A DNA stretch of 64,000 nt from Candidatus Omnitrophota bacterium (GCA_041652815.1 JBAZGN010000001.1:253855-317854), one strand, 5' to 3'; shown: positions 38,453 to 51,619, counted from the first letter of the stretch. Notes: generated by a model from the sequence alone, not told the origin. Numbers and translations: made by a program.

Positions 38453-38509
38453 CAAGGCCAGGTTGACAAATAAAAACCAGGCGGTTATTGCCTTAAGGAT
38501 AGTGCGCTT

Positions 38510-38794
38510 GTGGCTACCCATATAAAAAATATAATAAATCAGTTTTTAAGGGAAAAGAAATCAGAAGCTAAAAACGCAGGGGAAATAGAAAAGATAATAG
38601 AAAAAGGCTTGGGCGCGAGCTTAAAAAAACACATAAGGCTGCAACGAATATATAAAAAAACCCTCATTTTTTGTTCTGATTCCTCAAGCGCGATTTATGA
38701 ATTCGGACTAAGAAAAGAAAGTTTGCTTAAAGCTGTAAAAACAGAATTCCCCGATATAAAAGGGGCAAGAATAAAAATAGGCGATTATGACTGA
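38510..38794 (+). CDS. DUF721 (DciA-like) small protein
   Basis: 94 aa between dnaN and gyrB. ...KHIRLQRIYKKTLIFCSDSSSAIYEFGLRKESLLKAVKTEFP..ARIKIG fits the DUF721 pattern and its usual genomic position. Confidence 0.5.
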   Translation: MATHIKNIINQFLREKKSEAKNAGEIEKIIEKGLGASLKKHIRLQRIYKKTLIFCSDSSSAIYEFGLRKESLLKAVKTEFPDIKGARIKIGDYD

Positions 38795-38902
38795 ACAATT
38801 ATTTAGTAAATTAAAATACATTTTGCTTTACACCGCAAAATCATCAAATTCCGCTAAAGCGCAAAAAAGAAGCATAAGAATCTTTGCGCCTTTGCGGTGT
38901 AA

Positions 38903-41293
<2,391 letters not shown>

Positions 41294-41363
41294 AAGAGCT
41301 TTCGGCCATCAGTCGTCAGCCTTCAGCAGCTGACAGCTGAGGGCTGAAAGCTGAGAGCTAAAA

Positions 41364-43808
41364 ATGCAAGAGCAAACCAATAAAGGAAAAATTATAACCC
41401 GCTACCTCGAAGAAGAGATGCAGGAATCGTATCTTTCTTACTCGATGAGCGTTATCGCAGGTAGGGCCCTTCCGGATATCCGTGACGGCCTTAAGCCGGT
41501 TCAGAGAAGAATCATGTACGCGATGAACGAGCTCCATCTTCGTTATAATCAGCCGCATAAAAAATGTGCAAGAATTGTCGGAGAATGCCTTGGTAAATAC
41601 CATCCGCATGGAGACCTTTCGGTCTATGATGCTCTGGTAAGGATGGCGCAGGATTTTTCTTTGAGGTACCCGCTCGTAAACGGCCAGGGTAACTTTGGCT
41701 CAATAGACGGTGACCCCCCGGCAGCAATGCGTTATTCCGAAGCGCGGCTTTCAAGGATTGCAGACTTCGTTCTTCAGGATATCGACAAAGATACAGTTAA
41801 GTTTTTCCCTAATTTTGATAACTCGCTTACCGAGCCGGAAGTTCTACCTTCAGTTGTGCCAACGCTTCTGGTTAACGGCGCAAGCGGCATCGCGGTTGGT
41901 ATGGCCACCAATATGCCTCCGCATAATTTGGGTGAAGTTTGCGACGCGCTCGAGCATTTAATTGATAACCCCACAGCCTCAATTAAGGAGCTGCATAAAT
42001 TTGTCAAAGGCCCGGATTTCCCTACCGGCGCGATAATCTGCGGCAAGGGCGAGCTGCTTAAAATGTATGAGGAAGGCAAGGGCAAGATGATCCTTCGTGC
42101 CAGATCAACCATTGAGCACGAAAAGGGGAGATCGCAGATAATCATTACGGAAATACCTTACCAGTTGAATAAAACCAACCTTATAGAATCTATCGCTCAC
42201 CTGATCACGGACAAAAAAATTGAAGGCGTTTCTGACCTGCGGGATGAATCTGATAAGGACGGCATACGCATACTTTTAGAGCTCAAGAGAGATGTTGAAC
42301 CGCAAATCATACTTAACCAACTCTACAAACATACCAACTTAGAAACCACTTTTGGCGCGATATTTCTCGCGTTGGTCAACAGGAAGCCGGTAATTCTTAC
42401 GCTCAAGGAAATGCTGGCGCACCATATAAGTTTTCGTAAGGAAGTAATTGTCCGAAGAACAAAGTTCGAACTCGACAAAGCCCAGAAACGCGCGCATATT
42501 TTGGAAGGATTAAAAATCGCGCTTAAATATTTAGACCAGGTAGTAGCGCTGATTAAAAAATCAAAGAACGTTCAAGAGGCTAAGGAAAACTTAATGAAGA
42601 AATTTGATCTTTCCGAAGTACAGGCCCAGGCAATTTTAGATATGCAGCTGGCCAGGCTTTGCGCTTTGGAGCGGGATAAAATAGACCAGGAGTATATGGA
42701 ACTCTTGAAAAAAATCGAGCTGTACAACTCTATTTTGGCCTCGGAAAAGAAACAGGAGGCTTTGATAAAAGAAGAGCTTAAGATTTTAAGAGAATTGTTC
42801 GCTGATGAACGCCGCACCGAGATTGTTGCCAAAACAGAAGAAATCGAAATCGAAGACTTAATCGTAGAAGAGGATATGGTGGTAACTATTAGCGGCTCCG
42901 GCTACATAAAACGCATGCCGCTTACTGCTTACCGCCAGCAAAAACGTGGAGGCAGAGGCGTAGCTGCCATGGCTACATCGGAAGAGGATTTTGTTGAGCA
43001 CCTTTTTGTTGCTTCAAGTAAAGATACGCTTTTGGTTTTTACGGATGAAGGTAAAATTTATCCCATTAAAACTTACGAAGTCCCGCTGGGAAGCCGTACT
43101 TCAAAAGGAAGGGCAATAATAAATCTTTTAAGCTTGACCACTAAAGAAAAAATCACAAAAGTTTTATCCACCAAGGAATTTGAACCGAAACAATTCATAC
43201 TAATGGCGACAGAAGGCGGTATCATAAAAAGAACTTCACTTGATCTCTTTGCCAATATAAGAAAGAGCGGAATCTGCGCCATAACTTTGGATAAAGATGA
43301 CCGCCTTGTCGGCGCAGGCATCTGCGAAGACAAGGATGAGGTTATACTTATTACTAAAAAAGGCAAATCTATTCGTTTTGAGGCCAAAGACATAAGGCCT
43401 ACCGGCAGGCAATCGCAAGGCGTGCGCGGGATGAAGCTTGGCAAGGGCGATGTAGTCGTAGGCATAGTGCTTTTAGAAGGCACGCTTAAAAAAGAAGATT
43501 TCTATATTCTTACTGCAACCGAAAACGGTTTTGCGAAAAGAAGCCACATTGAAGAATACCGCCTTCAGTCAAGAGGAGGTAAAGGTATAATCAATATCAA
43601 GGTTTCTTCAAAAATAGGAGATGCAAAAGGAGTTATACTTGTCCAGGACAGCGATGAGGTTATGTGTATAACTCAAAAGGGTATCCTCATCAGAACAAAA
43701 ATAAAAGACATACGCTCTTCCGGCCGCTCAACGCAAGGTGTTAAGATAATTAACCTTGAAGCAGGAGATAAGCTTTCCACTATAGCCAGAATTTTACCGG
43801 AAGAGTAA
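41364..43808 (+). CDS. gyrA: DNA gyrase subunit A
   Basis: [21 protein letters not shown]; catalytic-Tyr region [10 protein letters not shown]; C-terminal beta-pinwheel repeats. Confidence 0.95.
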   Translation: MQEQTNKGKIITRYLEEEMQESYLSYSMSVIAGRALPDIRDGLKPVQRRIMYAMNELHLRYNQPHKKCARIVGECLGKYHPHGDLSVYDALVRMAQDFSLRYPLVNGQGNFGSIDGDPPAAMRYSEARLSRIADFVLQDIDKDTVKFFPNFDNSLTEPEVLPSVVPTLLVNGASGIAVGMATNMPPHNLGEVCDALEHLIDNPTASIKELHKFVKGPDFPTGAIICGKGELLKMYEEGKGKMILRARSTIEHEKGRSQIIITEIPYQLNKTNLIESIAHLITDKKIEGVSDLRDESDKDGIRILLELKRDVEPQIILNQLYKHTNLETTFGAIFLALVNRKPVILTLKEMLAHHISFRKEVIVRRTKFELDKAQKRAHILEGLKIALKYLDQVVALIKKSKNVQEAKENLMKKFDLSEVQAQAILDMQLARLCALERDKIDQEYMELLKKIELYNSILASEKKQEALIKEELKILRELFADERRTEIVAKTEEIEIEDLIVEEDMVVTISGSGYIKRMPLTAYRQQKRGGRGVAAMATSEEDFVEHLFVASSKDTLLVFTDEGKIYPIKTYEVPLGSRTSKGRAIINLLSLTTKEKITKVLSTKEFEPKQFILMATEGGIIKRTSLDLFANIRKSGICAITLDKDDRLVGAGICEDKDEVILITKKGKSIRFEAKDIRPTGRQSQGVRGMKLGKGDVVVGIVLLEGTLKKEDFYILTATENGFAKRSHIEEYRLQSRGGKGIINIKVSSKIGDAKGVILVQDSDEVMCITQKGILIRTKIKDIRSSGRSTQGVKIINLEAGDKLSTIARILPEE

Positions 43809-43889
43809 ACCCCGTTAGAAAACGTAGTATTCTAACGGGGTAAACCTGCCGCGTTTTAAGATACGCAGTAAACCCAACACGCAAATAAA

Positions 43890-44687
43890 ATGGAAAAAAA
43901 ATATTTATTAAACTGCCCGGTTTGCGAAAACAAGAACTGGAGTAAGGTTTATCATATAAATCTCTGGGACATCGAGGAGTGCGGGAAATGTGGTTTTGCA
44001 AAAATTAACCCACTACCTTCCCGGGATAATCGGCAGCTGTGTTATTCAAAAGAGGAAGTTGTTGCCAGAAATGCCAAAAAAAAATCTTTTTCCCGGGATC
44101 TTTCGCGAGCCATGAAGCGCTTCTTCAGTAAGATAACGAAACGGAACAAAAGCGAAATATTTTATAACAAATTACGCAAACATCTTTCGCCGCAGGCAAA
44201 AATTTTAGATATCGGTTGCGGTGATGGTAGTTTCCTGCGGCTTGCGAAAGGCCAGTTCAGCTGCGCCGGTATTGAAATATCAGAATACCTGGCGTCTTTA
44301 GCCAGAACAATCGACGGCGCAGATATTAAATGGGGGAATTTTCTCGACACAGAATTTAAGGGTGAAACATATGACGCAATCACGCTTATATCGCTACTTG
44401 AGCATTTAGATGACCCTTTTAGCGCGCTTAAGAAGTGTTTTAACCTTCTCAACAAGAACGGAATTTTATTGTTGAAAACCGTAAACTACGGCTGCCTAAA
44501 CCGGAAAATAAAAAAGGAAAAATGGACAGGATTTCGCCCGCCCGATCATGTTGTGTATTTTTCGCCGCATAACCTCTCACGGATTCTTGAAGGGGCAGGG
44601 TTTAGCAAAATAAAAGTAAAAGCCTGGCCGTTTAACGATAATATGTATTGCGATGCTTTTAAATACACAGATGATCGCAGATTTTGA
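43890..44687 (+). CDS. Class I SAM-dependent methyltransferase with N-terminal Zn-ribbon
   Basis: CPVCENKNW...CGKCGF; LDIGCGDGSFL motif I. The last 7 codons (YTDDRRF*) are supplied by the flanking repeat element. Confidence 0.7.
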   Translation: MEKKYLLNCPVCENKNWSKVYHINLWDIEECGKCGFAKINPLPSRDNRQLCYSKEEVVARNAKKKSFSRDLSRAMKRFFSKITKRNKSEIFYNKLRKHLSPQAKILDIGCGDGSFLRLAKGQFSCAGIEISEYLASLARTIDGADIKWGNFLDTEFKGETYDAITLISLLEHLDDPFSALKKCFNLLNKNGILLLKTVNYGCLNRKIKKEKWTGFRPPDHVVYFSPHNLSRILEGAGFSKIKVKAWPFNDNMYCDAFKYTDDRRF

Positions 44688-44830
44688 GAAAGTATCACGT
44701 AACAAGTATCCTCGCCGCCATATAAAAACATTTAGGCGAGTCCACTTGGGTGGAGGTAACACGCCTTAAAAAAACGTGATACATGTTACGTGTGACGTGA
44801 TACGTAATCTGTGCTAATCTGCGTAACAAA
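44665..44830. repeat. MITE-like element, family B (CACAGATGATCGCAGAT...GTGATACGTAATCTGTGCTAATCTG). Copies at 51417..51598 and, inverted/diverged, 52903..53117.
   Basis: About 150 bp nearly identical to 51417..51575. Contains internal CGTAAC/GTTACG-rich inverted repeats. Confidence 0.75.
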
Positions 44831-44998
44831 GCGATTGACAAAATAGATTTAGTCTTTAAAATAAACCACAGTTTACATACCAAAGACTAGGGTTCGCGAA
44901 GAAACAACAAATTTATACGAGTTTCGCGAAGCAAATTTCAATTGAAATTAGTTGAAAATAAGAAATTAATAGAAATTATTGTCTTTAGTGCGCTAACT

Positions 44999-45073
44999 GT
45001 CCCCATCGTCTAGCCTGGTTCAGGACATCGCCCTTTCACGGCGACGGCGCCAGTTCAAATCTGGCTGGGGACG
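44999..45073 (+). tRNA. tRNA-Glu (TTC)
   Basis: GTCCCCA/TGGGGAC acceptor stem; anticodon loop CTTTCAC; T-loop TTCAAAT. Confidence 0.8.
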
Positions 45074-45420
45074 TATATTAAATCAACCAGTTCACCCCGT
45101 ACCAGAACTCGCTACGCTCGTTCGGTACGGGACTCAATTCGCACTATCATTTTTTCTGCGCCACTTGCGGCTTGGAAAAATGATGTGCTCATTGAGAATC
45201 TGGCTGGGGACGTATATTAAATCAACCAGTTCACCCCGTACCAGAACTCGCTATGCTCGTTCGGTACGGGACTCAATTCGCACTATCATTTTTTCTGCGC
45301 CACTTGCGGCTTGGAAAAATGATGTGCTCATTGAGAATCTGGCTGGGGACGCGTATTAAACATCAATACCAGTTCACCCCGTACCAGAACGCTCAATACA
45401 AGTCTCAACGTACCTTGGTC
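45074..45420. repeat. 139-bp tandem direct repeat (two full units and a diverged third), each ending with a copy of the tRNA-Glu 3' end (atctggctggggacg)
   Basis: Units 45074..45212 and 45213..45351 differ by 1 nt. The third partial unit diverges after ~45. tRNA 3'-end copies lie at 45197..45212 and 45336..45351. Confidence 0.85.
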
Positions 45421-45579
45421 TAGCCCGCGCTTAGTAAACTCTTTTATTGACTTTTAAAAAGGGGTATGGTAAATTTATATGGTTTACCAATGTTAACGGA
45501 TAAATAGGTATGATTACTTTTGTTAACCAGATTGATTTAGTTAACAATAGATAACCATTTTAAGCACAAGAGGTGGAAA

Positions 45580-45849
45580 ATGGAAAAAGGCGAATATTTT
45601 AGTATAGCTCAAGTGGCGAAGATTCTAAAGATAAGCAGGATAGCGGTTTATAAAAAAGTAAAAAAGGGGGAAATGGCGGCGATAAGAATTGGAAAAATTT
45701 ATGCTATCCCCAAAGAGAATATTCTACGAAAAATTAGAAAAATTAAGGGGCATACTTTAAGCTCCGAAGATGTGGAAAGGATAAAACGCGCCGTAGATAA
45801 GACCATAAAAGATTATGGCGAGGTGTTAAAGAAACTGGGGTCGGAGTAA
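45580..45849 (+). CDS. Excisionase-family (HTH_17/Xis-type) DNA-binding protein; probable antitoxin
   Basis: FSIAQVAKILKISRIAVYKKVKKGEMAAIRIGKIYAIPKE is a typical Xis/MerR-like HTH. The stop overlaps the downstream ATG (TAATG). Confidence 0.55.
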   Translation: MEKGEYFSIAQVAKILKISRIAVYKKVKKGEMAAIRIGKIYAIPKENILRKIRKIKGHTLSSEDVERIKRAVDKTIKDYGEVLKKLGSE

Positions 45850-46292
45850 TGGATAGAATTACAGTAAGAGAAGTTGAGCAAATAGCCTTTTTTATTGCTC
45901 AACAAAAATTTTCTTTTGATGAACCAATACCTGATTTTACTACAAGGTATCCGGGCATCTTAGAGAGCTGCTTAGAAACTCCTTTTCAAACTTTTGGGCG
46001 AAAAGAGCTCTATCCAACATTCATTAGTAAACTTAGTATATTGTTTTATTTGATGACCAAAAACCACCCATTTCAAAACGGAAACAAAAGGGTAGCTATG
46101 ACAACTTTATTTTTTGCATTATATGCAGAAAATAAATGGCTAAAGGTTGACGCGCAAACGCTATATAATTTTGCAGTGTGGATAGCTGAGAGCCCTTCTA
46201 ACGCAAAAGATGAGGTAGTGCGGTATATAGAGAAATTTCTAAAAACTTACATCGTTCCTTTGGACAACAAAAAAGAAAACAAACAGACATAA
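45849..46292 (+). CDS. Fic/Doc-family (death-on-curing) toxin
   Basis: HPFQNGNKRVAMTTLFFAL matches the Doc/Fic motif HxFx(D/N)GNKR; 147 aa. Confidence 0.7.
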   Translation: MDRITVREVEQIAFFIAQQKFSFDEPIPDFTTRYPGILESCLETPFQTFGRKELYPTFISKLSILFYLMTKNHPFQNGNKRVAMTTLFFALYAENKWLKVDAQTLYNFAVWIAESPSNAKDEVVRYIEKFLKTYIVPLDNKKENKQT

Positions 46293-46386
46293 ATTAAACT
46301 ATACTTAATGTTTAATGGTATTTTTGTTTGACTTCCGCGATTTGAGAGATATAATTTACAACAAATTCCTGAACACTTATTAAATT

Positions 46387-46842
46387 ATGCAACCAAAGAA
46401 AAAACCTATTGGCGTAATAATCCTTGGCACTTTTAATCTGGTAGTGCTAGGCATAATCCAGCTTATAACGTTTCTTATTCCGCGAAATTGGCAAATAATA
46501 GAAAAAATGCTTAAAGACAGCGGTATCAATATAAATTTGTCTCCGGCCTTGATAAAAATAATGATTATCGTGCAGAGCGCAATGTCCCTGATTTTTATTA
46601 TTTCCGGAGCGGGGCTGCTTTTTCGTAAAGAATGGGCGAGAAAGCTCACTATATATTTTGCTTTTACTATGGCTGCGCTGATACTGCTTTCAGTGTTACT
46701 GTCCCCGGCATCTATACAGCAAGCGATATTACAGATAATCTATCCCGGAGTTCTGATCATTTATTTTACTAATAAAAATATCGAAGATTATTTTAGAAAC
46801 GCAGATAATCGCGAATTGAAAATCGCAGACGATCACAGATAA
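46387..46842 (+). CDS. Hypothetical membrane protein (about 4 TM)
   Basis: Hydrophobic segments; no recognisable motif. The last codons overlap the left terminus (CACAGATAA) of the next repeat element. Confidence 0.4.
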   Translation: MQPKKKPIGVIILGTFNLVVLGIIQLITFLIPRNWQIIEKMLKDSGININLSPALIKIMIIVQSAMSLIFIISGAGLLFRKEWARKLTIYFAFTMAALILLSVLLSPASIQQAILQIIYPGVLIIYFTNKNIEDYFRNADNRELKIADDHR

Positions 46843-47004
46843 ATTTCACTATAATTGATATACGATAGAAATACGGTTGATATACAGTAGATATACAATT
46901 GTATTTCTACTGTATATCGCGAGCGGAGCGAGCGCATATCAACGGTATATCTATCTCATTTCTTATCTGCGATCATCTGTTTTGTGTCTGTGATTATCTG
47001 TGTG
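46831..47004. repeat. MITE-like element, family A (central 20-bp-arm palindrome GATATACAGTAGATATACAA|TTGTATTTCTACTGTATATC). Copies at 54960..55112 and, inverted, 62684..62870.
   Basis: Termini CACAGATAA...TTATCTGCGATCATCTG..GATTATCTGTGTG. The internal module ttcactataattgatatacgatagaaatacgg is shared with the other copies. Confidence 0.75.
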
Positions 47005-47025
47005 TAAAACAAAATAAACAAAAAT

Positions 47026-48855
47026 ATGTGCGGAATACTTGGTTATATCGGAAAAGAAAGAGCGCTTGGTACATTTCTGGATGGCTTATCAAGGCTTGAG
47101 TATAGAGGCTATGACTCCTGCGGTGTGGTTGGCATAAAAGAAGGAGAATTCTTTCTTAAAAAACAGCCGGGGAAAATCCACGAGCTTCGCAGCGAATTAA
47201 AAGATTTTCTTGAGGAAAAATTTCCCATAGGAATTTTCCACACGCGTTGGGCAACCCATGGCCGTCCAAGCCAGGCGAATGCACATCCTCACCTTGATTG
47301 CAAAAGCCAAATAGCCATAGTGCATAACGGAATTATCGAGAATTACCTTAAGCTTAAGGAAGCTTTGATAAAAGAGGGGCATAAATTCATAAGCGAAACC
47401 GATACGGAAGTAGTTGCCCACCTGATAGAAAAGTTTTACAAAGGTTCGCTCAGGGAAGCCGTCTGTAAGGCCATAAAAAACCTTCATGGTTCTTTTTCCT
47501 TGGGGGTCATTTCAATAAAAGACCCTACGCGTTTAATTGCCGTCAGAAAGGGCAGCCCTTTGATTGTGGGATTAAGCAAAGATGGGAATTTTATCGCTTC
47601 AGACATTCCCGCGATATTGCCTTTTGCAAAAGAGGTAGTGTATTTAAAGGACGAAGAAATAGCGGTTATAAGCCACAATGCAGTTAAAATTTTTAATTTT
47701 AAAGGGGCGCCGGTAAAACTTGAGATAGAAAGAATTAACATTAAACCTCAGGATGCCGAGAAAAAAGGCTTTGAGCATTTCATGCTTAAAGAAATTCACG
47801 AGCAGCCGGAAGCGTTAAAAAGAATACTTTCTTTATATGTAAAAAGAAATGCCATAGAATTTCCTTATCTTAATCTGGATGAGAAATATTTTAAGTCGCT
47901 TAAAAATATTTTTATTACTGCTTGCGGCACTGCTTACCATGCCGGTTACATCGCTAAATATTTTTTGGAAAAGCATTGCGATGTGGACGTAGAAATAGAT
48001 ACTTCATCAGAATTCCGTTACCGGACCCTTAACATAACAAAAAACGATTTGCTTCTTACTATTTCTCAATCAGGGGAAACCGCAGATACTTTGGCTGCGG
48101 TGAGAGATATAGAAAGGCACGGAGTTAAAATCGTAAGTATTTGTAACGTTGAAGGCTCAACCTTGGCCAAAGAAAGCGACGGCATTATCTTTACTCACGC
48201 CGGTCCTGAAATAGGGGTTGCTTCGACAAAGGCTTACACCGCTCAAATTATGGTGCTGGTTTTACTGGCATTATATATAGGTAAAACAAGAAAAACAATC
48301 ACGGAGAAAGACTTTAAAGCCATGCTTGGCGAACTTAATATGATACCCGAGCATCAGAAGGATATTTTGGCAAAGACAGGCGAAATTAAAAAAATCGCCA
48401 AAGAGTTTTCAAAATTCGGATGTTTCCTGTTTTTGGCACGAGGCATAAATTATCCATCAGCTCTTGAGGGCGCTCTTAAACTAAAAGAAATTTCTTATAT
48501 ACCGGCGGAAGGTTATCCCGCCGGGGAGATGAAGCACGGACCCATTGCTTTGATTGATGAGTACAGGGGGGTTGTGTGCATAGCGCCCAAGGATTTTCTT
48601 TATGAAAAAATGATTTCCAATATGCAGGAAATAAAAGCAAGAAAGGGGAAAGTTCTTGCGATAGTAAATTATGGAGATAGTGAAGCAGTACGGTTAAGTG
48701 ATGCGGTAATCCACTGCCCCCAGCTTAAAAACAGCGATTTTTCCCCCATGCTTGTTGCAGTGGGCCTGCAGCTTTTTGCCTATTATGTCGCAAAGAATTT
48801 AAACTGTGAAATAGACCAGCCGAGAAATCTGGCAAAATCGGTTACAGTAGAATAA
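47026..48855 (+). CDS. glmS: Glutamine--fructose-6-phosphate aminotransferase
   Basis: MCGILGYIG N-terminal Cys; two SIS domains; 609 aa. Confidence 0.95.
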   Translation: MCGILGYIGKERALGTFLDGLSRLEYRGYDSCGVVGIKEGEFFLKKQPGKIHELRSELKDFLEEKFPIGIFHTRWATHGRPSQANAHPHLDCKSQIAIVHNGIIENYLKLKEALIKEGHKFISETDTEVVAHLIEKFYKGSLREAVCKAIKNLHGSFSLGVISIKDPTRLIAVRKGSPLIVGLSKDGNFIASDIPAILPFAKEVVYLKDEEIAVISHNAVKIFNFKGAPVKLEIERINIKPQDAEKKGFEHFMLKEIHEQPEALKRILSLYVKRNAIEFPYLNLDEKYFKSLKNIFITACGTAYHAGYIAKYFLEKHCDVDVEIDTSSEFRYRTLNITKNDLLLTISQSGETADTLAAVRDIERHGVKIVSICNVEGSTLAKESDGIIFTHAGPEIGVASTKAYTAQIMVLVLLALYIGKTRKTITEKDFKAMLGELNMIPEHQKDILAKTGEIKKIAKEFSKFGCFLFLARGINYPSALEGALKLKEISYIPAEGYPAGEMKHGPIALIDEYRGVVCIAPKDFLYEKMISNMQEIKARKGKVLAIVNYGDSEAVRLSDAVIHCPQLKNSDFSPMLVAVGLQLFAYYVAKNLNCEIDQPRNLAKSVTVE

Positions 48856-48861
48856 GTCTAC

Positions 48862-48925
48862 AGTCCATAGACCATAGTCCACAGTAGAAAACTATGGACT
48901 ATCGACTGTGGACTATGGACTAGAA
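48862..48925. terminator. Long inverted repeat / hairpin between glmS and rsmI
   Basis: agtccatagaccatagtccacagtag aaaa ctatggactatcgactgtggactatggact. Confidence 0.4.
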
Positions 48926-48926
48926 T

Positions 48927-49607
48927 ATGCTATATATCGTCGCCACCCCCATAGGTAACCTGGAAGATATAACCCTTCGCGCCATTCGCATACTTAAAGA
49001 AGCAGATTTTGTTCTTGCCGAAGATACCCGTAAAACCGGTTTTCTCCTTGCGCATTTCGGTGTAAAAAAACCACTGGTTAGTTTTTTCGAGCATAGCGAA
49101 GTAAAAAAAATTCCCTGGGTAGTTGAAGAGCTTAAAAAAGGCAAAAATCTTGCACTTGTTTCGGATGCAGGCACGCCTACGCTTTCAGATCCCGGGTATA
49201 AACTGGTACGTGAGTGTAGATATGAAAAACTTCCCATTACAATAATCCCTGGCCCATCCAGCGTTGCGGCAGCGCTTTCCGGCACCTCCATACCGCATGA
49301 TAAATTTATATTTTTGGGGTATCTGCCCAGGAAGCATAACGAACGCGTAAAGTTAATCGGGAAATTAAAAGGCCTTGAATCGGCTATTGTTTTTTTTGAG
49401 TCGCCTTTTAGGATTTTGTCAGCACTGCAGGATATAAAAGAGGTAACCGGAAATGTAAAAATAGCCATAGCCAGAGAGCTGACAAAAAAATTTGAGGAAG
49501 TAGTGGAATCAAATATAGAAGAGGCAATCTTGCGTTTCGAAAAAGCCAAGCCCAGAGGCGAATTCGTCGTTATCCTTGACGGGAAAGAGATGAATGTGAC
49601 CTCCTAG
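48927..49607 (+). CDS. rsmI: 16S rRNA (cytidine1402-2'-O)-methyltransferase RsmI
   Basis: MLYIVATPIGNLEDITLRAIRILKEADFVLAEDTRKTG is a tetrapyrrole-methylase-fold RsmI signature. Confidence 0.85.
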   Translation: MLYIVATPIGNLEDITLRAIRILKEADFVLAEDTRKTGFLLAHFGVKKPLVSFFEHSEVKKIPWVVEELKKGKNLALVSDAGTPTLSDPGYKLVRECRYEKLPITIIPGPSSVAAALSGTSIPHDKFIFLGYLPRKHNERVKLIGKLKGLESAIVFFESPFRILSALQDIKEVTGNVKIAIARELTKKFEEVVESNIEEAILRFEKAKPRGEFVVILDGKEMNVTS

Positions 49608-49639
49608 GTTGTTCTTGACATTTCCTGCTATATAAGGTA

Positions 49640-49865
49640 TATTCTATAAAACCTTTAAGTCGGTCCAGAGAGGCTGGTAAGGGGAAAAAATGAATATAAT
49701 ACTATACAAAAACAACAACCCTGTACCCAAAAAGTACGGGGTATTTTTTTTAATGAGGCAGCAACTTTTCAAGGCGAAGACGACGAAAAGTTGCGTAGCC
49801 GAATTAACCCTGTACCGTGCGAACAAAGTGAGCTCTGGTACAGGGTTAAGAGCTAAGCCATAAAC
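49640..49865 (+). promoter_or_regulatory. pyr operon leader with PyrR-binding loop and attenuator
   Basis: GTCCAGAGAGGCT at 49662..49674 (PyrR binding-loop consensus). Hairpin ccctgtac-ccaaaaa-gtacgggg plus T-run at 49718..49751. A second 12-bp-stem hairpin taaccctgtacc...ggtacagggtta at ~49805..49847. Confidence 0.7.
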
Positions 49866-49867
49866 GT

Positions 49868-50458
49868 ATGAGCCAATTTAAAGAAAAAGCAAAAATATTA
49901 AACGCGGAAGAAATAAAACGTACCCTCCAGCGGCTTGCCCATCAGATTCTGGAGAGCAATCCTAATCTTGCAGATATTGTTTTGGTAGGCATACAGACAC
50001 GTGGAGTTTATCTCGCAAAGCGCATTCAGGCTACTTTTCAAGAGATAGAGGCAGTGGATATACCGCTGGGCGTTCTCGATATAACTTTATACCGCGATGA
50101 TTTAACCACCGTTGGTGTGCGCCCGGTAGTTAAAGAAACAAAAATAGATTTTGATTTAACCGATAAAACAGTTGTGCTTATAGACGATGTGCTGTTTACC
50201 GGAAGAACCATCCGCGCAGCGCTTGATGAATTAATGGATTTTGGCCGGCCCAAAATTGTCGCGCTTTTGGTTTTAATTGACAGGGGCCACAGGGAGCTGC
50301 CTATACGGGCGGATTTTGTCGGAAAAAATATCCCTACTTCAAAAAACGAAACTGTAGAAGTGCGTTTACAAGAACTTGACGGGCTTGACGAGGTTGCTAT
50401 AGGCGAGAAAGTCTTAGACACGAATGGCTACGAATCTGGGGCGAATTTCCACGAATGA
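49868..50458 (+). CDS. pyrR: Pyrimidine operon regulator / uracil phosphoribosyltransferase PyrR
   Basis: [22 protein letters not shown]-binding motif; 196 aa; sits downstream of the PyrR-binding leader. Confidence 0.9.
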   Translation: MSQFKEKAKILNAEEIKRTLQRLAHQILESNPNLADIVLVGIQTRGVYLAKRIQATFQEIEAVDIPLGVLDITLYRDDLTTVGVRPVVKETKIDFDLTDKTVVLIDDVLFTGRTIRAALDELMDFGRPKIVALLVLIDRGHRELPIRADFVGKNIPTSKNETVEVRLQELDGLDEVAIGEKVLDTNGYESGANFHE

Positions 50459-51414
50459 GAAAATCTAATAGTATAAACTGGACAAAAAAAGACCTGCTTG
50501 ATTTAGAAAATTTAAGCAAGGAAGAAATAGAATTAATACTTCAAACCGCAGCTTCATTTAAAGAAGTTTCAGCCAGAGAAGTCAAGAAAGTTCCTGCTCT
50601 TCGCGGCAAAACCGTGGTCAACCTTTTTTATGAACCTTCCACCCGCACGCGTATATCGTTTGAAATAGCCGCAAAAAGGCTTTCTGCAGATGTTATAAAT
50701 ATTGCTACAGAAACCTCAAGTGTACGTAAGGGGGAAACCCTTATAGATACCGGAAAAAACATCGAAGCCCTTAAGGTCGATATTATTATAATGCGGCACA
50801 ACTATTCAGGCGCGGCAGTTATGCTTGCCAGGCACTTAAGAGCAAGTGTAGTAAATGCAGGGGACGGCTGGCACGAGCACCCGACACAGGCGCTTTTAGA
50901 CATGTTTACACTTCGCGAAAAATTAGGCCGCTTGGAAGGCTTAAACGTAAGCATAGTCGGCGATATCGCCCATTCGCGAGTGGCGCGTTCGAATATCTGG
51001 GGGCTTACGAAACTGGGGGCAAAAGTCACTGTTTGTGCGCCAAAGATTCTTATACCATTATCAATTGAGCAAATGGGCGTGCGCGTTATTCATAATATCG
51101 AAGATGCCCTTGCCGGGGCAGACGCCATAAATGTTTTACGGATGCAGTTTGAACGCGACAAGGAAAAAGCCTTCCCCAGCCAGCTTGAATATTTTAAAAG
51201 TTTCGGGATAACCAAAGAGAGGCTTAAAAGCGCGAAGAAAAATATTATCGTAATGCACCCCGGGCCGATTAATCGCGGAGTTGAAATGTCAAGCGAAGTG
51301 GCTGATGGCGCAAATTCAGTTATCTTAGAACAAGTTACAAACGGCATAGCTGTTCGAATGGCGGTACTCTTCCTGGTTGCGCAGGCGAATGATTATATTA
51401 AGAAGAATAAATAA
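50455..51414 (+). CDS. pyrB: Aspartate carbamoyltransferase catalytic subunit
   Basis: [15 protein letters not shown]; HPTQALLD; HPGP. Confidence 0.9.
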   Translation: MRKSNSINWTKKDLLDLENLSKEEIELILQTAASFKEVSAREVKKVPALRGKTVVNLFYEPSTRTRISFEIAAKRLSADVINIATETSSVRKGETLIDTGKNIEALKVDIIIMRHNYSGAAVMLARHLRASVVNAGDGWHEHPTQALLDMFTLREKLGRLEGLNVSIVGDIAHSRVARSNIWGLTKLGAKVTVCAPKILIPLSIEQMGVRVIHNIEDALAGADAINVLRMQFERDKEKAFPSQLEYFKSFGITKERLKSAKKNIIVMHPGPINRGVEMSSEVADGANSVILEQVTNGIAVRMAVLFLVAQANDYIKKNK

Positions 51415-51416
51415 TA

Positions 51417-51598
51417 CACAGATGATCGCAGATTTTGAGAAAGTATCACGTAACAAGTATCCTCGCCACCATATAAAAACATTTAGGCGAGTCCACTTGG
51501 AGTGGAGGTAACACGCCTTAAAAAACGTGATACCTGTTACGTGTGACGTGATACGTAATCTGTGCTAATCTGTTTTTCAATCTGTGATTATCTGTGTG
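51417..51598. repeat. MITE-like element, family B copy 2
   Basis: Begins 3 nt after the pyrB stop with cacagatgatcgcagat. Ends at gattatctgtgtg, 22 nt before the pyrC ATG. Confidence 0.75.
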
Positions 51599-51619
51599 AG
51601 CCGAACGAAGTGAGGCGAA

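Noticed and set aside
43780-44001. 73-aa minus-strand ORF overlapping the gyrA end and methyltransferase start
   Set aside because: Overlaps two well-supported plus-strand genes; no motifs.
45074-45420. Possible CRISPR array (regularly spaced repeats)
   Set aside because: Units are 139 bp with no short unique spacers and there are no cas genes. The repeats carry tRNA 3'-end copies, so they are integration-site duplications, not CRISPR.
48920-49549. 209-aa minus-strand ORF
   Set aside because: Completely antisense to rsmI, which has clear methyltransferase motifs. Ser/Ala-rich low-complexity translation.
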